Shown here piece after piece: positions 45,966 through 56,076 of a DNA stretch of 64,000 nt. Both the position numbers and the translations under genes were made by a program. The DNA is from Candidatus Omnitrophota bacterium (GTDB lineage: Bacteria; Omnitrophota; Gorgyraeia; B26-G9). The notes beneath the pieces were generated by a model, which was not told where the DNA came from, made no database searches, and saw only the letters and a program-made list of their open reading frames with translations. The stretch covers positions 17,744 through 81,743 of the forward strand of contig JBDRPX010000008.1 of the NCBI GenBank assembly GCA_043826565.1, written 5' to 3'. Within the stretch, counting starts at the first letter, position 1. Every line of letters begins with the position of its first letter.

Positions 45966-46562
45966 TGTATTATTACCTGGCGGATCCGCCTACTACATCC
46001 AGAAAAGGCAGGGAATCCAAGCATTGAGCGTTGCGAAATGCGCAGGCTCCCCGGCCGAAACGCTAAGATTTATGAGGAGGTGACTTTTTGAAATTTATTT
46101 GCAAAAGTACCGACGAATAAAGATTAAATTAGCCGAGTTTTATTCGGGTAATTACAGGAATACGACAAAAAAAGAGAAAGTAAGTTTATTTACTTTCTCT
46201 TTTTGGAGTATTACTGGCGGGTAGTCGTGGACGGTAGGCGAACCCTACAAACCCTTGAAACAAGCCTACTTATAAAACTCTACCGTAAACGTAGTATGGG
46301 AGCGCTGATATCTTTAGGGGATCCACTCGACACTACCCTGCCGTACAATAAGGGCATTTTATCACAACACCGGCAAAAATCCAGCAAAATGCCCGTTTTG
46401 ACCGCCTAAAATTAGGGAATTATATACTTGACTCCCTAACAATATGACTCGTTGATTTTTCATGGACGAGCTAATGCCCTGCTTTTAATTTGCATCCTTA
46501 TAGGTAATACTGAGATCTGACTTAATTTTGCTCTCCAATTTTTTTTAGTAGTGTCCGTTTAA

Positions 46563-47318
46563 CTATTTAGTACCGCCAAATACTGCAAAAATGCTGTACT
46601 TGTAGAAACAATCCACATCCTTGAACCCGCATTTGCTTAAAGTCTGTAGCTGATCCCAAAGACCACTTGGTTTGTCTTCAAGATTATTCTTGTATACAGA
46701 TGGGATATTGTCATATTTCCCGATTTCGCTTTCTTTCCCATTTTTTTCTAATGTTTCATTCATCCAATTTCGCCACATTTCAAATTGTATTTCTTCACTA
46801 TGGGCTGAACTTGGATGGACTGCATCAATGTTCAGGAATAGGCCACCATGCTTCAATTCTTTATAGATTTTAACGAACAATGCTGTTTTCTGCATAAAAT
46901 CAAGATGATGAATAGCATTTGAAGAAATTACTAAGTCATATTTCCGGTCTTCGGGTTGTGATGCGGAATAATCTTCAAATGTTAGATGGCGGAAGGATAT
47001 GTTGCTGTCATTACTGCCTAAAGTTGCTTTTGCCTTGTTTAGCATTTCCTCGGAAGCGTCAACGAGGTAGAAATTGTTATTGGGCGATTTGTCATAAATA
47101 CATTTTGTTATGATCCCTTCTCCGCAACCTAAGTCTAAAATGTGAAGATTGGCTATGCTCGGAAAATGAAATGCTACAATTTCAAGCAGAATGCGGATAG
47201 ATCTTTGTCTTTCTATCACAATGAAATTTGCTGAACTTGTGTAAAAATTGACAAAATCTTTGTCGTCCCACTTGAATGTTGCGTCTTTCTTCATTTTGTT
47301 TTCCTGTTTAAGTAACAT
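46563..47318 (-). CDS. class I SAM-dependent methyltransferase
   Basis: 251 aa; motif I ILDLGCGEGIIT, motif post-I D(A)SEEM; overlaps upstream gene by 28 nt. Confidence 0.7.
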   Translation of the reverse strand: MLLKQENKMKKDATFKWDDKDFVNFYTSSANFIVIERQRSIRILLEIVAFHFPSIANLHILDLGCGEGIITKCIYDKSPNNNFYLVDASEEMLNKAKATLGSNDSNISFRHLTFEDYSASQPEDRKYDLVISSNAIHHLDFMQKTALFVKIYKELKHGGLFLNIDAVHPSSAHSEEIQFEMWRNWMNETLEKNGKESEIGKYDNIPSVYKNNLEDKPSGLWDQLQTLSKCGFKDVDCFYKYSIFAVFGGTK

Positions 47319-48493
47319 TTCTTTTTGGTCATTTCTACTTCTTTTGCGCCTTCAAAGCTGAATAAATTAACTCTTTTTCCGCACCGCTTTTTTCCCTTTA
47401 GACCTTTTTTTGTTGGCAGTTTCTTTGCCAAAGCCTTAATCGTTGCGTCCGAGTGCGCTAATAAATTGCCCCGATCAAATGTCACGAAATCTGGGTGCGT
47501 TGAAATACGGTAATCCTTTGATGCATTATTCTCAATAAACTTCTTGGCATCCTTGCCCAGTAAACTGCCCTGAAGCGGCGATCGAACCCGATCAAAAATC
47601 TGATACTTTCCGGCTTCCACAACCTTTTTAAGCCACCCGCCCTTGCCTTTCTTGAGCTCAACACCCAGTTCAATAAACAATTTGAACGCCCCGTCCGGCA
47701 TTTTTATCTTCTGACCATTTACCTCAAGATCATTGCTTCGTTTCATCGGAGCCGTACCCGGGATATGGATTTTGTCATAACATTTGTAGCCAAAACCCTT
47801 ATAGTCCTTCGCCTGCTTCTTGGTCAAAGCCGTGGCTCCGTCCTCAGGCATAAATTCTTTAATAAGATCATCTATCGACAATTTGAATGTTTTGAAATCA
47901 AGCGCCGTCGCAAGAGGAACCGTGACTATCTCGCATTTGCTCAAACCCCAGCTTAATAAAATATCCTCTATCTTCGTAAATGGAGTGAAAACAACTAGAA
48001 CCTTGTCATCTTTGCAAATGTCCTTTAACCCGACGAATTTGATCAGCTTGCCATCCCCAATCTTCGGCACAAAAACAAACCCAACCCGGAAACTGTCGTA
48101 TAGCTTATACCCTATGTAAAAATACCCTTCCGGGATTTCTTGAAACTTTCCCTCAATCTTGTTAACCTGCCTGATTTTCGCAAACAAAGCCGAGAAAGAA
48201 AGTTGATACCGCCGCAGATCCGCTTCTGTTACCTCAATTGGTGCACTATCCGCTGACTCCACTGAGTATGCGCAGAATCGACTTCCAACCTTCTTGACCC
48301 GTCGCTCGTTCCCATTATCCCCCAAAGCAGACGAATAATAAGGCTCCTTCATATAGTCATACTTCATTCGGTCTAAATATTTCTGCTTGGTCAGAAAGTT
48401 GAAATCGGTCTTTGAAACACGCACCAGCTCGCTCTCGCTGAACGACGCTGTGGGAAAAGCCTCGATATTTTTTAATATGAAGTTCATCATCAC
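47291..48493 (-). CDS. hypothetical protein (400 aa, Lys-rich C-terminus)
   Basis: no recognisable motif; ATGA overlap with upstream gene 48490-49596. Confidence 0.45.
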   Translation of the reverse strand: MMMNFILKNIEAFPTASFSESELVRVSKTDFNFLTKQKYLDRMKYDYMKEPYYSSALGDNGNERRVKKVGSRFCAYSVESADSAPIEVTEADLRRYQLSFSALFAKIRQVNKIEGKFQEIPEGYFYIGYKLYDSFRVGFVFVPKIGDGKLIKFVGLKDICKDDKVLVVFTPFTKIEDILLSWGLSKCEIVTVPLATALDFKTFKLSIDDLIKEFMPEDGATALTKKQAKDYKGFGYKCYDKIHIPGTAPMKRSNDLEVNGQKIKMPDGAFKLFIELGVELKKGKGGWLKKVVEAGKYQIFDRVRSPLQGSLLGKDAKKFIENNASKDYRISTHPDFVTFDRGNLLAHSDATIKALAKKLPTKKGLKGKKRCGKRVNLFSFEGAKEVEMTKKKCYLNRKTK

Positions 48494-49596
48494 GTCAAAA
48501 GCACTCCATTGTCCCTCAAATATTTTTCAATAATTCCCTTTTCCGCTTTCTCGGGTAATTTTGTGTTCTCCGGCGGCTTAATTTCAACCGTTATCGATTT
48601 AGGCTTCTTCCCACCACGCTTTATATGGAACCGTAATTTAGCTGAAACATACTCAACGTCCTGCATAGATATCTTTAAATCAGAAAACGCCTGCCGGACA
48701 TCGCCGCAATTAATCGTTACCTTTATGACCTTTGCGCCTCTGCATTTAACCTTCACCTCTGTTAAATCAACAGCCTCAACATCGTCATTGCCGGAATAGC
48801 TGAAAGTGCCATTTTTAATAGGGTCAAGAACAACCAAGGTATTGTTAAACGTTGACTCGGCCACCTGATCCATGCCAAGGATAGCGTTCCCGAATATCTC
48901 GATATACCGTTTTTTATCAGCTTCGCTCCAACCGCCCGCATTAACACTGAGCACGCAATTCCCCGTATCAAAAACGAGCATATCCTCTCTGGCGGGGCGA
49001 AAAGACTGAATATCCACTTTCCCCTTTTCAAATATGAGATGCGTTTTCATGAAATCACCATGGGCGATTAGGACGATGTGTTTACCGTTATGCGCCCTGT
49101 ACCTGATATCACAGTGTTCGCTTTTACCGGTATCCTTAAAATACTGTTCTATGGCAGTTTTCAACTGTGCAACACGATCCTCGGCGAAGTTACAGTTGTT
49201 ATGCTCAAACTTATGGTGGCTTAATTTTTCGGAATAGACGACGTACAGATAAAAATCAAAGGCGAGTGAGAACGCTTCCTCGCTGTGAAGAAAAACCCGC
49301 ATAGCAGTTGTTTCTGAAGGTTCATCATCTTGAACCGCTATATTATACTGACGCTTTGCCTGCTCAAGATATCCTCTTGCCCGGTCAGCGATGTCATTAA
49401 TGCACTGCAACTCCTCCTCGAGATAAGATCGCTTCCCATCATCGCTGATGCCATCTAGAAAATCGTGAATATTATTTCGGTCGAAAACAAACCCATCAGG
49501 AACCGGAACGTTTTTCCGTGTGAAATACGCCTTGAGCAGGTCGCTACTAACTCCCGTGACAAATTTTTCCAGTTTAAATGATCTATGTTTTGCCAT
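48490..49596 (-). CDS. hypothetical protein (368 aa)
   Basis: no recognisable motif; first gene of three-gene overlapping operon. Confidence 0.45.
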   Translation of the reverse strand: MAKHRSFKLEKFVTGVSSDLLKAYFTRKNVPVPDGFVFDRNNIHDFLDGISDDGKRSYLEEELQCINDIADRARGYLEQAKRQYNIAVQDDEPSETTAMRVFLHSEEAFSLAFDFYLYVVYSEKLSHHKFEHNNCNFAEDRVAQLKTAIEQYFKDTGKSEHCDIRYRAHNGKHIVLIAHGDFMKTHLIFEKGKVDIQSFRPAREDMLVFDTGNCVLSVNAGGWSEADKKRYIEIFGNAILGMDQVAESTFNNTLVVLDPIKNGTFSYSGNDDVEAVDLTEVKVKCRGAKVIKVTINCGDVRQAFSDLKISMQDVEYVSAKLRFHIKRGGKKPKSITVEIKPPENTKLPEKAEKGIIEKYLRDNGVLLT

Positions 49597-49621
49597 TCAG
49601 TATCCTTCGTAAAATCATCAA

Positions 49622-49852
49622 TTAATGTATGCGATCCTTAGGCGGGCACGGATCCTTTCCAAAGCTGTCCTTATCCTGAATCTTACCATCACGCCCATGA
49701 ATCACAAGTTCTGACTGCTGATGCTTCGCAATTTGCCTTCCAGCGTTCTCAGCGGCGTTCTTTGTGCGATGCTCTGAGGTTAATCGAGAGTTCCCCTCGC
49801 CACGCACGCCCCATCCTTCGTCCGTCTTTACTACATGCTGATTCTTACCCAT
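49622..49852 (-). CDS. DUF2188-like small protein
   Basis: 76 aa; GWGVRGEGNSR..AENAGRQIAKHQQSELVIHGRDGKIQDKDSFGKDPCPPKD matches DUF2188 family pattern. Confidence 0.45.
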   Translation of the reverse strand: MGKNQHVVKTDEGWGVRGEGNSRLTSEHRTKNAAENAGRQIAKHQQSELVIHGRDGKIQDKDSFGKDPCPPKDRIH

Positions 49853-50307
49853 GCCACACCTCCATTTTTGCCTATAAATAAAAAAACCTTCACCGGGCAG
49901 ACTTACTCCACCAAGCGAAGGTTTTAATTATTTTAACGTGGCAGTTCCCCCTTCGAAACATACCACTCTCAATTTCAATGTATTTATACTCTAAATTTGC
50001 ATAAAAGTCAATGTTTTTCGTAATTCCTCCTGATGCACTATATTATCACAAAAACCTACTTTCTCAAACACTTAAGCGTCTCCCGTAAATCCTTCGCGGT
50101 CAACCGATCCGCCTCTTCCAACCCACACTCATGCCTCAAAAACCAATGCAACCTCATAATTCGCTTTGTTTCCTCAATCAGCTCCCTATGCCTTATGTTC
50201 CATAGCCAAGTAATCGGACTAACCATCTCGCCACCTCCTACTATAATAGACGTATAAGATGGCAAAATCTAACATAAATTTTATTAAAAAAATGCACAAA
50301 AATAAAA

Positions 50308-50352
50308 AACCTTTATCAGCCATAATTTGGCCAACAAAGGTTTTTCTTTTTT
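50308..50352. terminator. bidirectional hairpin terminator
   Basis: AAAAAACCTTTATCAGCCATAATTTGGCCAACAAAGGTTTTTCTTTTTT. Confidence 0.4.
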
Positions 50353-50516
50353 AACGTCCGGGATTTATTCCTTCAAACTCGGGACGAATTAACACTTTTT
50401 ACTATATATAGTTATATAAAAAGAATAATCAAAAGTCAAGCAATTTATGGACTTCAGTCTATTTTAATGGTAAACTGTATAAATCATAGTTTCGATTACA
50501 CTATTTAGGGGTTACC

Positions 50517-51374
50517 ATGAAATATAATCAAATAAATAAAACAATTTTTGAAATCTGCCATGACAATTCACTGAATTTTATTGCTAAGAGCACGGAGATC
50601 GAAAAGCGTCTTAACACTTGCAATGATGCAGAAATTTTGTTGCATATTGACCATGCTGGCGTTATACCCGAATGCTTTGATCACGATTCCACAGAAGAGA
50701 AAGTATTTGCAAAGTATTGTGACTCTTTACTTGCCAGAGCATTTAGAATAATCGGACTCGACGCTCATACAATTCCTGAACGAAGTGATGCGGCCGATGT
50801 AATCGCAAAGCAAGACCAACACACAATTGTCGGTGATGCAAAAGCTTTTCGTTTAAGCAGAACCGCTAAAAACCAAAAAGATTTCAAAGTTGAAGCGCTT
50901 GACAAATGGCGAAAGGGCGCTGATTACGCATGCCTAGTCTCCCCTCTATATCAATATCCTAATTCTAATAGTCAAATCTATGAACAAGCTATAAGATATA
51001 ATGTAACCTTGCTTTCATATACACATTTAGCCTTTATTATACGAAACAAAACTGCATTACAAAGGAACGATGGACTTAAAGAATTATGGGATACCCCCAA
51101 ATCCCTAACGGCAACCAAGAGTGCCTACACTTACTGGAATACTATAGATACCAAAATACTGCAACTGCTTAATAAAACATCGGCTGAGTGGAAATCTTTT
51201 ATTGACGAACAAATAAAGATTTTACCTGAGAAGGCAAAAGAACAAATTGCTTTTTGGGAAGAAGAAAAACAAAGAATCGGCGGTCTTTCCCATGATAAAG
51301 CTGTGGAAGAATTGCTGAAGGCGCTTAAAATAAACGCTAAAATTGAAATTATTAAACGAACTGCTGGGCTCTAA
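50517..51374 (+). CDS. putative restriction endonuclease (PD-(D/E)xK-like), convergent with MTase
   Basis: 285 aa; candidate D..(D/E)xK (ADV..VGDAKAF); gene ends 3 nt from the convergent DNA MTase stop. Confidence 0.35.
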   Translation: MKYNQINKTIFEICHDNSLNFIAKSTEIEKRLNTCNDAEILLHIDHAGVIPECFDHDSTEEKVFAKYCDSLLARAFRIIGLDAHTIPERSDAADVIAKQDQHTIVGDAKAFRLSRTAKNQKDFKVEALDKWRKGADYACLVSPLYQYPNSNSQIYEQAIRYNVTLLSYTHLAFIIRNKTALQRNDGLKELWDTPKSLTATKSAYTYWNTIDTKILQLLNKTSAEWKSFIDEQIKILPEKAKEQIAFWEEEKQRIGGLSHDKAVEELLKALKINAKIEIIKRTAGL

Positions 51375-51376
51375 GA

Positions 51377-53521
51377 TTAAAGCGGATCTCGATTAATCAC
51401 CTTGAATGAAGGGAAAGATTTTTTTACCATTTTTTCTACTTCTCCCAAAACCAACGAAACATTCTTCTCCCCGTCAACTGACGCACAATTAGAAATCAAT
51501 CCAACCCCTTGCGCAAATACCGCCAAAGCAACATCCTGTTCTTGCCACCCAGAATTTAGTAACGCCTTGGCATACCCACTGCAATATCCGCCAATTTTTT
51601 CTTCAATTTCAATCAATTCACCATTTACTTTTTCCGAAGTTAACTTCCTACCAACAAAAACTATGCACGTATTTATTGCTTCTGACGACATTCCCCTCGG
51701 ACGATGTTTTCGTTCGATACTAAGTGGCTGAACGCTTGTAATAAACAAATTGCTACTTCTAAAGGCTCGTATTAATGCTTCCCACCCCTTAAAAGAACTA
51801 TGCGAGTATATAAAAGATATAATGCCATCATTTTTCAAAACCCTTCCGGCCTCCGATAAAGCCATTGTTAATTGCTCACAATACGATTCATGAGCTTTAA
51901 CTGCATCTCCATTCCTAAAAGTTGATGCGACTAGCTCATGATTGGAATCCGTGGCTTGTTCTTTAAATAAATCTGGTTCAATTGCTTTAAGTAACATTCT
52001 TTTCCAACAGTAAAAAAAATCAGCTAGCGCTGTGTAATACACATTATCATAGTAAGGAGGATCGGTTACGATAGCATCAAAGAAGTCGTTCTGAAATGAA
52101 AGTTTTTGTGCCCTGCCTTTTTCAACTTTAACCGAAGTAAGAAACTGCGGGATAGAACCAACGCCCTCAACGATTCGGTCGAGCTTTTTCCATAAATTGG
52201 CAGGACCGTTCATAACCGGGTCAGTTTCAACATAATCCCATAGCATCGGCACCCCGGGTCCACAGAAAGCACGGCCAACTTGTTCATTTTGCGAAATCCA
52301 CATGGATAACCGGCAATTCCAATCTACCAACTGATCAATCAAGCTGGATAAATTTCCGATAACAAATTTCGCTTCAACAGAAGATTTCGATTTACAGAGA
52401 AATTCATACTCATCAATTAAAGACTCGATGAGCATCACCAAAACCAATCTCTGTCTTGCATTTAAAAAATCCGCATAAGTTTCCATCCCGTATCCCGCCG
52501 GATTAACTATACCTGACCATTTGGGCAAAGGTATCAACGGCAAGGAAGCATTTATTGCTTCCAACGTTTCCTCTTCAATAATCTTTAGCGTTTCTGGGTC
52601 GGGAATAATATTCTTACCTACCGCAACAAACTCTTTTCCTTTTGTCTTTTTAAGTTGTGCAATAGCAAGAATCTCATCTGTAGTGTCAGCGATGCTTATT
52701 TTATCAGTAATATGCTCACAGGAAGGACACTTCATCTTCCCAGATCGCCCAATCCAATTAGAAGTAAACTCATATAACTCATCAACCTCTTTTATCTCAA
52801 CTTTTTGGCTATCTTTTCCATTTACTAGTGTCATCCCTAGTTTCTTACCATGCTTCTGCGACAACCAAGGGCGCTTCATGAGATAATATTTATATTTACA
52901 CTTCGGGCACTCGATAGAATAACTCCAAATATAGCCAAAAGTTGTAGCGCCATCCTCATCAATCTGATCCCGCAACGGAAAGAGTTTGCCAGTTTTCTTG
53001 GTAAGCGCATTAAGCACCCGCTCACCTGATTCTTTAATTAAAACAATTCGCTGAGTAGGTTTAATTTCTTGTGAATAAACCAAATTACATTTTTGAATAA
53101 AAATCGATAACTCATTAGAATCGACGGAATAGGATTCAGCGCCAATATTAGCCGCCTCAAAAGGGATCGTCCCCCCACCAGCAAACATGTCCAAAACTTT
53201 AGGGGTTTCAACGTATTGAGATGACAATATTTCTTGAGCATCTTTGATTGAATTGTGGCCGAGGTTTGACAAAATATTTAATGCCCGATCATCTGTACTT
53301 TTGCATAAAGCGGCAAAAGCTAACATACGCATTGAAGCATGCGGTCTTCTCGCCCACCACACATGAACAGTATGAGAAGTTTCCCCTCTCCTATATCTCT
53401 CTGCATGCCCCGCAATTGATGCTTCATAATAAAAAAGACCGTTATCAATAAGTCGATGAGGCTTTTTGAGCGGCGATGCATCTAATTGCGGACTGGCATG
53501 ACTTCCCAATATTATTGACAT
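51377..53521 (-). CDS. DNA methyltransferase (N6-adenine/N4-cytosine type, DPPY) with N-terminal extension and Zn-ribbon insert
   Basis: 714 aa; motif I MFAGGGTIPFEAA, motif IV DPPYYDNVYY, CPKC..CPSC zinc ribbon. Confidence 0.7.
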   Translation of the reverse strand: MSIILGSHASPQLDASPLKKPHRLIDNGLFYYEASIAGHAERYRRGETSHTVHVWWARRPHASMRMLAFAALCKSTDDRALNILSNLGHNSIKDAQEILSSQYVETPKVLDMFAGGGTIPFEAANIGAESYSVDSNELSIFIQKCNLVYSQEIKPTQRIVLIKESGERVLNALTKKTGKLFPLRDQIDEDGATTFGYIWSYSIECPKCKYKYYLMKRPWLSQKHGKKLGMTLVNGKDSQKVEIKEVDELYEFTSNWIGRSGKMKCPSCEHITDKISIADTTDEILAIAQLKKTKGKEFVAVGKNIIPDPETLKIIEEETLEAINASLPLIPLPKWSGIVNPAGYGMETYADFLNARQRLVLVMLIESLIDEYEFLCKSKSSVEAKFVIGNLSSLIDQLVDWNCRLSMWISQNEQVGRAFCGPGVPMLWDYVETDPVMNGPANLWKKLDRIVEGVGSIPQFLTSVKVEKGRAQKLSFQNDFFDAIVTDPPYYDNVYYTALADFFYCWKRMLLKAIEPDLFKEQATDSNHELVASTFRNGDAVKAHESYCEQLTMALSEAGRVLKNDGIISFIYSHSSFKGWEALIRAFRSSNLFITSVQPLSIERKHRPRGMSSEAINTCIVFVGRKLTSEKVNGELIEIEEKIGGYCSGYAKALLNSGWQEQDVALAVFAQGVGLISNCASVDGEKNVSLVLGEVEKMVKKSFPSFKVINRDPL

Positions 53522-53793
53522 TTTATTATAAGTTTTCCATCTCTATTTAATGAAACGTTAAAATCCTTCTTGCTACTTGGGATCCCTCGCGTTTGTCTCC
53601 ACCCTAAGGAAATGCGACGGTATCTCCAATCAATTCTCTTCTTCCCTAACTCTTCTCCATCAAAGACCACGTCTGCATTCTCAATATCCTTAAGACAAGT
53701 TTTTACATCAAAATCCTGGTTGCTTTTCCAAATCACATAACCGAATTTCTTTGATCTTGGTAAAATAGGTATCTGAACTGACATTTTAAACAC
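53512..53793 (-). CDS. small hypothetical protein co-transcribed with MTase
   Basis: 93 aa ORF overlapping MTase start by 10 nt. Confidence 0.3.
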   Translation of the reverse strand: MFKMSVQIPILPRSKKFGYVIWKSNQDFDVKTCLKDIENADVVFDGEELGKKRIDWRYRRISLGWRQTRGIPSSKKDFNVSLNRDGKLIIKCQ

Positions 53794-53897
53794 CCCCTTT
53801 GTATTTTATTAAACCACAAAAAGGAAAAATAGTCAAGCTTAAATTAAGCTTGACTAAATTAAGATCGACTATTAGATGCCGTTAATTTAAAAACTTT

Positions 53898-54212
53898 TTA
53901 TTTTATTGCATAGAAATATGTTCTAATCAGTTCCGCCACAATCTTCTGCTTCCCTCCAATATGCCAATCAGTATTCTGTTCCGGATCCAGCTTCGATTTG
54001 TAGTCATAAATCGTAAACACAAGGCCGTTGATCGTGCCAACCCACTCGACCTTAATCTTACCGTCCTGTGATGATCCAAGATGGGGTTCACCAAACACAA
54101 AAACGACATCATCGTAGCACGTCCCTTCCGGCAAATACCCCTGACAGCCGGTGCCATCATGCGATACGCCGCCCATCTCAACTATTAAATCAAGCTCAGC
54201 TTTTACTTTCAT
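53898..54212 (-). CDS. phage hypothetical protein
   Basis: start at MKVKAELD; no motif. Confidence 0.3.
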   Translation of the reverse strand: MKVKAELDLIVEMGGVSHDGTGCQGYLPEGTCYDDVVFVFGEPHLGSSQDGKIKVEWVGTINGLVFTIYDYKSKLDPEQNTDWHIGGKQKIVAELIRTYFYAIK

Positions 54213-54447
54213 TTTGCACCTTCTTTGAGCCCCATCCAGATTTCCACCGGGCGACCGCACCATCGACAATTTTTTGAATCTGCTCCGCAGTAACACCATC
54301 AGCCAAAACCTGTTTAAGTTCTTCTTTATTAAGCACCCGGTAATTTTTAATGCCCCTATCCTTAGCCATGAGCATCAGCTCATTACGGTTCTGCTTTATT
54401 TCCGGCCTTGCTTCCATAACCTTCTGCTTTTTAGTTTTCTTCTTCAT
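54196..54447 (-). CDS. phage protein with Rho_N-like (SAP-like) motif
   Basis: 83 aa; RGIKNYRVLNKEELKQVLAD. Confidence 0.3.
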   Translation of the reverse strand: MKKKTKKQKVMEARPEIKQNRNELMLMAKDRGIKNYRVLNKEELKQVLADGVTAEQIQKIVDGAVARWKSGWGSKKVQNESKS

Positions 54448-54457
54448 AGAATCCTCC

Positions 54458-54709
54458 TCAAGTTTGTAATACCGGATTTTTAATTGTCTTGAGCGCCTGC
54501 TTTTTAGCTTCCGAATACAGGGCGTTAATAAACGTTATCTTGCCATCAGCACCTTTAAACGCCCACGTACCTCTGCCTGACGGCCGCTTGCCGTGCGTAA
54601 AGACATACTGATTGACTCCGCCGATTTCTTTTTTCATAACACCGACTCCTGCAATTTTCCGGTAGACACATCCAGCATTTGAAAGTGCGTTATTCCTTTT
54701 TCCTTCCAC
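54458..54709 (-). CDS. phage hypothetical protein
   Basis: 83 aa ORF. Confidence 0.3.
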   Translation of the reverse strand: MEGKRNNALSNAGCVYRKIAGVGVMKKEIGGVNQYVFTHGKRPSGRGTWAFKGADGKITFINALYSEAKKQALKTIKNPVLQT

Positions 54710-54933
54710 TGCTGTTCAATTATTATTGACCATGTGCCTAACGGCATAACCCGCTGAATCTCCCGCAACCGCAATTTCACGGCCGGAAGATGATCCTTCA
54801 TCCTCCCGGATACCGGAATATTTTCAACATATATCTCATGCCCTTCATTACGCACGCTGATATACCGGCTTTTTTTAGCCATCATGTTTTCACGAACCAT
54901 ACAATACCCTCCTTTCGAGGGTAAGTAGACCAT
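54634..54933 (-). CDS. phage hypothetical protein
   Basis: 99 aa ORF overlapping neighbour in another frame. Confidence 0.25.
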   Translation of the reverse strand: MVYLPSKGGYCMVRENMMAKKSRYISVRNEGHEIYVENIPVSGRMKDHLPAVKLRLREIQRVMPLGTWSIIIEQQWKEKGITHFQMLDVSTGKLQESVL

Positions 54934-54964
54934 AGGGTTTAATAGTTGGCAAGGCGTTTCTTCA

Positions 54965-55210
54965 TTATTTTTTGATCAAAGCTTTTATTGCCAAAGGAAC
55001 GTCTTTTGCCTCTTTAACAATCGTATCGATTTCCTCTTTGGTTAGCTTTTTATCCGCAAACGCCATCACAATTGCGCTGAGCAATTCGCTAATTTCCTTT
55101 AAAACACTTAACGCCTTTGAAAGCACCAACCATACCGCACCGATCCCGACAACTGCCGTAATAATCTGTGGGATGTTACCTGAAACATAATCCATCAAAA
55201 AATCCATCAT
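54965..55210 (-). CDS. holin-like small membrane protein
   Basis: 81 aa; one or two TM helices then charged C-terminus (KKLTKEEIDTIVKEAKD). Confidence 0.35.
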   Translation of the reverse strand: MMDFLMDYVSGNIPQIITAVVGIGAVWLVLSKALSVLKEISELLSAIVMAFADKKLTKEEIDTIVKEAKDVPLAIKALIKK

Positions 55211-55217
55211 ACACCTC

Positions 55218-55481
55218 CTAATCTAATGAGTTAAATTTCTGCACCAGTTTTTTATACCGAGATTCAAGCTGTAAAAATTCCCGCTGATTTCCCAGCCCTT
55301 GCACATGCGCTATTTTGAGCATATCCTCAACGACAAAGAAAATATCTTCCGCAATATCCGTTGCCTGCTTAATACGTTTAATCCGCACAAGCGCATACCG
55401 TTTCTGTTGCTGATCAGCGTTATTCCATTCCCGGAGAAACCCGAATATTTCTTTTATTGCCCCGCTAATATCACCCATCAC
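55218..55481 (-). CDS. phage hypothetical protein
   Basis: 87 aa ORF. Confidence 0.3.
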   Translation of the reverse strand: MMGDISGAIKEIFGFLREWNNADQQQKRYALVRIKRIKQATDIAEDIFFVVEDMLKIAHVQGLGNQREFLQLESRYKKLVQKFNSLD

Positions 55482-55986
55482 TTCTCACCTTGTCCGCTAT
55501 TAAAAACCCCGCCCCAAAACAAACTCCAATCATTAACTCCACCCACTGCCAATTCATTCCCTGATAATGACAGAGCCATACTGCAAAACACCAGACAGCC
55601 GCAAACAACGCCATAATAGCCAAGGTTCTCTTTTTTAAAACCGGATACCAGCTCACTCCGTACAAGCACCCAAGCAACGCAATCATTGCCCAGTTATTCG
55701 CATCAACAATTTCCGTATAACCTAAATGCAACGGCGCTGATAAGCAGAAAAACAACAGCCAGTTCCATCCTAAAGACGAAGCGATCACAAAAGGCATTGC
55801 GTACCTTCGTAATAACAGCCATCCCCCGCCGCCCAAGCTGTAAAGCAAGGCAATCAAGCAAAACAAAACCACGATTCTTCTCTGCTTCCAAACTTCAATT
55901 AACCGGTTCTTCATTTTTCGCCTGTATCTTTCCGTCTTTATATTCCACTTCCCACAACTCCAGCCCGATATCCGACTGAATCGCAA
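55471..55986 (-). CDS. phage-encoded polytopic membrane protein
   Basis: 171 aa, 4-5 TM helices. Confidence 0.35.
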   Translation of the reverse strand: MRFSRISGWSCGKWNIKTERYRRKMKNRLIEVWKQRRIVVLFCLIALLYSLGGGGWLLLRRYAMPFVIASSLGWNWLLFFCLSAPLHLGYTEIVDANNWAMIALLGCLYGVSWYPVLKKRTLAIMALFAAVWCFAVWLCHYQGMNWQWVELMIGVCFGAGFLIADKVRSDG

Positions 55987-56076
55987 TTTCTCCTCTTGAG
56001 TTCAGATCATTTACATCCGGCTCGTAATTGCATTTCACAGCAACCTTACCTTCTTGATTCACCACAAACCAATCCA

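Noticed and set aside
45966-46562. tRNA or tmRNA in the 600-bp gene-free stretch
   Set aside because: No GTTCRANYC T-loop motif or CCA-proximal acceptor pairing found by eye on either strand; cannot support an RNA gene call.
50033-50265. Overlapping 74-aa plus and 69-aa minus ORFs
   Set aside because: Mutually exclusive small ORFs in an AT-rich intergenic region with no RBS; the minus one could be a real small phage-like protein but is not supportable from sequence alone.
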